Position numbers and translations under genes: made by a program. The notes beneath the pieces were generated by a model, which did no database searches, was not told where the DNA came from, and worked only from the letters and a program-made list of their open reading frames with translations. From NCBI GenBank assembly GCA_934177725.1, contig CAKPPO010000005.1, forward strand, positions 94-64,093: a stretch of DNA of 64,000 nt. The letters run 5' to 3'. Position 1 is the stretch's first letter; each line of letters opens with the position of its first letter. Below are positions 58,924 to 64,000 of the stretch, piece by piece. The DNA comes from an uncultured Clostridia bacterium. Its GTDB lineage: Bacteria > Bacillota > Clostridia > TANB77 > CAG-508.

Positions 58924-59613
58924 TTAAAATAGCCCCGTAATAAAGTTTTTTATTCCATTCCATATTCCTTGGAAAACATTTAAAATTACATTTACTATTG
59001 TTTTTACTATAATATTATTTTCATAAAAATTTATTAATAGTTTATGTGTTGGTGGAAAAAACCATATGATTAAAATAATAACTGCTAAAATTGCTAATGT
59101 TTTTAATAAATCTAAAAATCTTTTAAAAGTCCATGGTTCTTTTAGTTTATACCCTAAACTTCTTAAGTAGTTATTATATGCATTTGCATATGCTCTATTT
59201 ATTTCTTTTTGCATTCTTTTTGCATTTTCATCATAGCTATTTCTTTCATTTGTATCTTTATTTTTGTGAATAATTTGATTAGTATTTTCAGCATATATTT
59301 CTTGTTTTGTCGTTGTTTCCTGTCTTTGCATTTGTTTATATCTATTAATCTCTTCTCGTTTTTTTTGTTCTTCTATTATTTTTTCTTGTTTTCTTTGTCC
59401 TTCTAAATTAATATCATATTCTCTTCTTTTTTCTTCATTGCTTAAAATTTCATATGCTTCATTTATTTGTTTCATTTTCTCTTCAGCTTTTTGCTTTTCT
59501 TCTCCTTGTTGCAAATCTGGATGGTATCTTTTTACCAGAACATGATAAGCCTTATCTATGACTTCTTTTGACGCCTTTTCACTTACCTCTAATATTTCAT
59601 ATAAATTTGACAT
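58924..59613 (-). CDS. J-domain protein with a C-terminal membrane anchor
   Basis: NLYEILEV...[13 protein letters not shown] (HPD motif), a charged linker and two C-terminal hydrophobic helices. Confidence 0.8.
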   Translation of the reverse strand: MSNLYEILEVSEKASKEVIDKAYHVLVKRYHPDLQQGEEKQKAEEKMKQINEAYEILSNEEKRREYDINLEGQRKQEKIIEEQKKREEINRYKQMQRQETTTKQEIYAENTNQIIHKNKDTNERNSYDENAKRMQKEINRAYANAYNNYLRSLGYKLKEPWTFKRFLDLLKTLAILAVIILIIWFFPPTHKLLINFYENNIIVKTIVNVILNVFQGIWNGIKNFITGLF

Positions 59614-59725
59614 ATTTGCCCCTTAAATTTAATTATTTCCTAAATTATATCATTAAAATAATTAAAAGCATAGTATTTTTTTATAAAATATGTTATAATT
59701 CGTTTATTAAAAATAAAATCAAGGA

Positions 59726-60268
59726 GTGATACAATTGAAATTAACTTCAGATGACGAAACTTTAGCAGAAAATAAGGTATTAATTTTATATATTTTAAAT
59801 AAAGTTGGAAAATCTATTTCAAATGACGCATTACTAAATTTAGTTCTTGCTGTTACTGATATGAATTACTTTTATTTTCAACAATTTTTATTAGATTTAT
59901 TAGAAAATAATTATATATCTAGTTATGAAAAAGAAGAACATGTTTTTTATCAAATTACCAATTTTGGTAAAGAAACTTTAAGCTTAACACAGGATATTTT
60001 ACCTGGAATTATTAAATTAAGGGTAGATAGCAATTTTAAAGAAGAAATGGATAGCTTTGAAAATGAGCATTCTGTAATTGCGGAATATACTCCTCGTAGT
60101 GAAAACTATTTTGACATTTCTTGCAAAATTGTAGAAAAAAATGAAACTATTTTTGAAGTAAAAACCTTTGCTGGTTCTCCAAATCAAGCGAAAGACATTG
60201 TTGATAATTGGAAAAATCATGCAGATGAATTATATCCTGCAATTTTAAATATCTTAACCAAAAAATAA
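59726..60268 (+). CDS. DUF4364-like (PadR-like winged helix) protein
   Basis: ENKVLILYILNKVGKSISNDALLNLVL... pattern. The true start may be TTG 59735, since the ORF-track GTG lies inside the RBS. Confidence 0.6.
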   Translation: MIQLKLTSDDETLAENKVLILYILNKVGKSISNDALLNLVLAVTDMNYFYFQQFLLDLLENNYISSYEKEEHVFYQITNFGKETLSLTQDILPGIIKLRVDSNFKEEMDSFENEHSVIAEYTPRSENYFDISCKIVEKNETIFEVKTFAGSPNQAKDIVDNWKNHADELYPAILNILTKK

Positions 60269-60423
60269 AAGGACATTTGGGGACGGGTCACTTTTGTCCT
60301 TTACATAATTTTAAAACAATAAAAATAAAAACATATAAATTAAAAAGTTTATATGTTTTTATTTTTTATATATTATATTATTTTATGTAAAGGACAAAAG
60401 TGACCCGTCCCCAAATGTCCTTT
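60268..60423. repeat. P2: perfect 41-bp inverted repeat flanking a bidirectional terminator
   Basis: AAAGGACATTTGGGGACGGGTCACTTTTGTCCTTTACATAA at 60268-60308 and its exact reverse complement at 60383-60423. The 74-nt spacer contains the hairpin 60327-60360. Confidence 0.9.
60327..60360. terminator. bidirectional terminator between the DUF4364 gene and proS
   Basis: AAAAACATATAAA-8 nt-TTTATATGTTTTT. Confidence 0.6.
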
Positions 60424-62101
60424 CTATCTTTTCTATTACATCATTTATTTCTACTACTTGAACTTCTTCTGAATTCCTTAATTTAAATTCAACTTTGTCC
60501 TCTTCAATTTTTTTGCCAACTGTTATTCTTACTGGAATTCCAATTAAGTCCATGTCATTGAATTTTACTCCTGGTCTTTCATTTCTGTCATCTAATATTG
60601 TGTCTATTCCCATGCTTTGTAATTTTTCATATAATTCGTTTGCTACTCTTACTTGTTTTTCATCTTTACCACTAATTAATACTATAGCAACTTTAAATGG
60701 AGCTATATTAGCTGGCCAAATTATACCTTTTTCATCATGATTTTGCTCTACTATTGCAGCTATAATTCTTTCAATTCCTATTCCATAGCATCCCATAACT
60801 ACTGGTTTTAATTCATTATTTTCATTTGAATAGTTTAATCCTAAACTTTCACTATATTTTGTTCCAAGTTTAAATGTATTTCCTACTTCTATTCCTTTTT
60901 TAAATACTACATGACCTTTACCACAACATGGGCAAATATCTCCTTCTTGTACATTTCTAATGTCTGCTACCATTTCTACTTTAAAGTCTTCTACATTTAC
61001 ATTTATATAGTGATAATCTGTTTCATTAGCTCCTACCAAGAAGTTCTTCATATATTTCACACCATTATCCATTATAACTGGAATGTCTAAACCTATTGGC
61101 CCTGCAAAACCTATCTCTGCATTTGTAATTCTTCTTACATCTTCTGGTTCTGCTAAAGCTACTTCTTTGGCATTTAATAGTTTTTGTAATTTTACTTCAT
61201 TTACATCTTTATTTCCTTGTACCATACATGCATAGAATTTATCATCTACTTTGTATATTAATGTCTTTACAAATTTTGCTGGGTCTTCATGTAAATATTC
61301 TGCTAATTCATCAATAGTTCCTACATGTGGTGTATTCATTTTTTCGTATTTTTTCTTTTCTTCTTTATTTTCTATTTCTTCATCTACACATTTGCTAACT
61401 TCTATATTTGATGCATAATCACAATTATCACATAAAACTAAAATGTCTTCTCCAACATCTGTTATTGCTTGAAATTCCTCAGATAAAAGTCCTCCCATAA
61501 CACCTGTATCTGCTCTTACTACTACATAATTTAGTCCTACTTCTTTGCATATTTTATGATATGCTTCGAATTGTTTTTTATAAGATTTATCTGATTCTTC
61601 TTGGTTTATATCAAAGCTATATGCATCTTTCATTGTAAATTCTCTTGTTCTAATTAGACCTAAACGTGGTCTTACTTCGTCACGATATTTATTGCCTATT
61701 TGATACAAAGTATATGGAAAATCTTTGTATGATTTTGCTTTCATCATTGAAGCTAATACAAAAAATTCCTCGTGTGTTGGACCTAATACATATGGTCTAT
61801 TATATCTATCATTTAATTTGAATATTGATGGTCCAAATAATTCATATCTTCCTGATTTTTGGAAAACATCTATTGGTAAAAGCATTGGCATTGTTACTTC
61901 TTGTGCCCCTGCTTCATTCATATTTTTTCTAACTATATTTTTAACGTTTTCATATACTTTTTGTCCTAATGGCATTTTCATATAAATACCATTTCCTATT
62001 TTTTTAAACATTCCACTTTTTACAAGTAAATTTCCACTTGCAGATTCTTCATCTTTTACATCTTCTCTTAATGTATAAAAATAACTTTCACCTAATTTCA
62101 T
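60383..62101 (-). CDS. proS: proline--tRNA ligase (bacterial type with editing insertion)
   Basis: Class II motifs (FRDEVRPRLGLIRTREF, GCYGIG), 572 aa. The last 13 codons lie inside the P2 right arm. Confidence 0.93.
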   Translation of the reverse strand: MKLGESYFYTLREDVKDEESASGNLLVKSGMFKKIGNGIYMKMPLGQKVYENVKNIVRKNMNEAGAQEVTMPMLLPIDVFQKSGRYELFGPSIFKLNDRYNRPYVLGPTHEEFFVLASMMKAKSYKDFPYTLYQIGNKYRDEVRPRLGLIRTREFTMKDAYSFDINQEESDKSYKKQFEAYHKICKEVGLNYVVVRADTGVMGGLLSEEFQAITDVGEDILVLCDNCDYASNIEVSKCVDEEIENKEEKKKYEKMNTPHVGTIDELAEYLHEDPAKFVKTLIYKVDDKFYACMVQGNKDVNEVKLQKLLNAKEVALAEPEDVRRITNAEIGFAGPIGLDIPVIMDNGVKYMKNFLVGANETDYHYINVNVEDFKVEMVADIRNVQEGDICPCCGKGHVVFKKGIEVGNTFKLGTKYSESLGLNYSNENNELKPVVMGCYGIGIERIIAAIVEQNHDEKGIIWPANIAPFKVAIVLISGKDEKQVRVANELYEKLQSMGIDTILDDRNERPGVKFNDMDLIGIPVRITVGKKIEEDKVEFKLRNSEEVQVVEINDVIEKIERTFGDGSLLSFT

Positions 62102-62187
62102 TTTTTGCTCCTCTTTTCTTTAAATTTTTTAATCATATACGTAGATGCTTCTTCCATATATTTTTATGGGTAAGAAATCTTTCACAT

Positions 62188-62853
62188 TTAGTTTTGTTTA
62201 TTATCTTCTTCCCTTTCGGGCATTGGAGCCTCTATGTTTTCTTTTTTATTTTCTTCTTGCTCTTCTCCTTCTTCTTTTTCTTTTTCTTCATTATTTTCTT
62301 TTATAATGTCATCTATTACTATTTGTTGATTTTCATCTAATTTGTATCTTGGAAGTTCTGGTAAATCGTCTAAAGATGTAATACCAAACATTTTTAAAAA
62401 TTCATTAGTTACACTATACATGCTTGGTCTTCCTGGTGCATCTGCCTTTCCTACATTTTCAATAAGATTATATTCTAATAATTTATACATAGTTCCATCT
62501 GAATTAACACCACGAATTGCTTCTATTTCTGCTCTTGTAATTTTAGGATTATATGCAATAATTGATAAAGTTTCTAAAGCTGCATTTGATAAATTTGGTT
62601 TACTTCTTTTATCAAATATTGGATAAATATATTCATAATATTCTTTTTTTGTAGTTAATTGAATTGCATCATTAATTTTTATTATTTCAATTCCTCTTCC
62701 AGCTTTTTCATAATCTTGCTTCATACTTTCGATAATCGCAAAAAGATCTTCACTACTCAATTCTAGTGCAGACATTAATTCTTTTATTTGTACTTCTCTT
62801 CCACAAGCAAATAAAATTGCTTCAATTATGGCTTTTGCTTTTTCTATTTCCAT
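62188..62853 (-). CDS. scpB: segregation and condensation protein B with an acidic C-terminal extension
   Basis: IEAILFACGREV...SNAALETLSIIAYNPKITRAEIEAIRGV... pattern. Confidence 0.88.
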   Translation of the reverse strand: MEIEKAKAIIEAILFACGREVQIKELMSALELSSEDLFAIIESMKQDYEKAGRGIEIIKINDAIQLTTKKEYYEYIYPIFDKRSKPNLSNAALETLSIIAYNPKITRAEIEAIRGVNSDGTMYKLLEYNLIENVGKADAPGRPSMYSVTNEFLKMFGITSLDDLPELPRYKLDENQQIVIDDIIKENNEEKEKEEGEEQEENKKENIEAPMPEREEDNKQN

Positions 62854-62926
62854 GGTATAACTCCTTTTTTACATTGGTACTATTATCGCACGAAAATAGC
62901 TGTATGTCAATAATAAAGCTACAGTT

Positions 62927-63607
62927 TTAACTCACTGTAGCTTTATCTGTTTTTTCTATATTTTTTATTTTTTCATAAATTTTTTGCTTTGTTCTATATC
63001 TTTTATTTTCTGAGATTACTAAATACCACAAATATGCAAGTATAAGTAAAATTGCTATGTTTTTCAAATTTAAAATTACTATACTGCTAATTGCTGTTAA
63101 TATACTAATAGTAACGTTTGAAATCATATAACTATATCTATATGACTCTTTTCTTCCAAATAAAATATGTAATATTCCTTTTGCTATTCTTCCTCCATCT
63201 AAAGGATAAATTGGTATTAAATTAAATATTGCAATCAAAATATTTGCATATATAACTATATCTCTGCTTATTCCCAAAAATGATATTGGAAATAATAAAA
63301 ATACAATTATAAATAATAAATTTGTAAGTGGTCCACTAGCTGCTATAATAATCTTTTTTAATGTTAGTAAAGTACCCTTTTTTATTTTTCTATTATAATT
63401 TTCTAACTTGCTTTCAAATCCAATAGATAACCCTAAAGGCATTATCTCTAAACTATTTGGTTTAAAACCTAAAAGTATTCCTGCTAGCATATGTCCTAGC
63501 TCATGAAATAGTGCAAATAACATTAATATTCCATAAATTCCAATTTGCCTTGTTACTATAAAAATAGCAATAAACACAAATATTTTTAAATGTAATCTTA
63601 TTTTCAA
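62927..63607 (-). CDS. M50-family site-2 metalloprotease (SpoIVFB-like)
   Basis: HELGH in a TM helix and NLIPIYPLDGGRI (the LDG motif). Confidence 0.85.
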   Translation of the reverse strand: MKIRLHLKIFVFIAIFIVTRQIGIYGILMLFALFHELGHMLAGILLGFKPNSLEIMPLGLSIGFESKLENYNRKIKKGTLLTLKKIIIAASGPLTNLLFIIVFLLFPISFLGISRDIVIYANILIAIFNLIPIYPLDGGRIAKGILHILFGRKESYRYSYMISNVTISILTAISSIVILNLKNIAILLILAYLWYLVISENKRYRTKQKIYEKIKNIEKTDKATVS

Positions 63608-63620
63608 TTTGATTCTCCTT

Positions 63621-64000
63621 TTAAAAATCCATTATATATTCTGGATTAACAACTCTATTTTCTCTTCTTACCTCAAAATGTAAATGAGGGCCTGTAGCAT
63701 TTCCTGTAGAGCCTACTTCTCCTATTTGCTCTCCTTGTGATATTTTATCCCCTTGTTTTACATATATTGTTTGGCAATGTGCATAAATTGTTATAACATC
63801 ACCATTTTGAATGTATACATGATTTCCGTATCCACCTTCTGAAGAAACAAATGTAACTTCTCCTTCCATTGCTGCAACAAATTTTGTTCCCGCGTTTACT
63901 GCTATATCTATACCTGCATGATTTGCAGATACAATTTCGGTTGGTGTTCTTGCTCCATATCTTGAACTTATTGCTCCTTTTAATGGTAATGTAAAACTAT
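63621..64000 (-). CDS. M23-family metallopeptidase (partial, runs off the window)
   Basis: GYGNHVYIQ...YAHC...GSTGNATGPHLHFEV. The frame stays open upstream of the listed Met (..AGTKFVAAMEGEV) to the window end. Confidence 0.85.
   Translation of the reverse strand, partial: SFTLPLKGAISSRYGARTPTEIVSANHAGIDIAVNAGTKFVAAMEGEVTFVSSEGGYGNHVYIQNGDVITIYAHCQTIYVKQGDKISQGEQIGEVGSTGNATGPHLHFEVRRENRVVNPEYIMDF

Noticed and set aside
62038-62340. 100-aa plus-strand ORF spanning the proS start and scpB end
   Set aside because: Phe/Ile-rich low-complexity product, antisense to two real genes and their intergenic region.

Overview
This is a 64-kb chromosomal segment from a very AT-rich, endospore-forming Firmicute that looks Clostridia-like. 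The evidence is alpha/beta-type SASPs, spoVM, a spore photoproduct lyase and the ctsR-mcsA-mcsB-clpC operon. Most of the window is recognisable housekeeping: pflB/pflA, rpsF-ssb-rpsR, metG, rpmB, nth, rlmN-stp-prkC-rsgA-rpe, gatCAB, trmB, proS, scpB, hpf and rpsT. No rRNA, tRNA or CRISPR array was seen. Several things stand out against that background. (1) A tight four-gene operon at 35.7-41.6 kb on the minus strand encodes an SPFH/SHOCT protein, a multi-pass membrane protein and two tandem zinc-ribbon/TIR/transmembrane paralogues with unrelated outer domains. This is my best candidate for an undescribed membrane-associated TIR system. (2) A roughly 600-nt non-coding, relatively GC-rich tract with its own promoter lies directly upstream of an OapA-like membrane protein carrying a DxxxD motif. 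This is a probable OLE RNA locus. (3) There are at least three families of long intergenic hairpin repeats. One is a ~120-nt two-hairpin element with compensatory stem changes, in four copies, one with its own promoter. Another is a set of perfect 30-41 bp inverted repeats sharing a GGGACGG core and sitting on stop codons. (4) Both radical-SAM DNA-repair genes in the window have broken reading frames just upstream of their CxxxCxxC motifs. (5) A decayed mobile-DNA patch upstream of metG holds a 5'-truncated IS481-like transposase and two other gene fragments. (6) An LPXTG surface protein ends directly after the LPRTG motif. All functional calls rest on motif recognition by eye and on memory of protein families. 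No searches were run.
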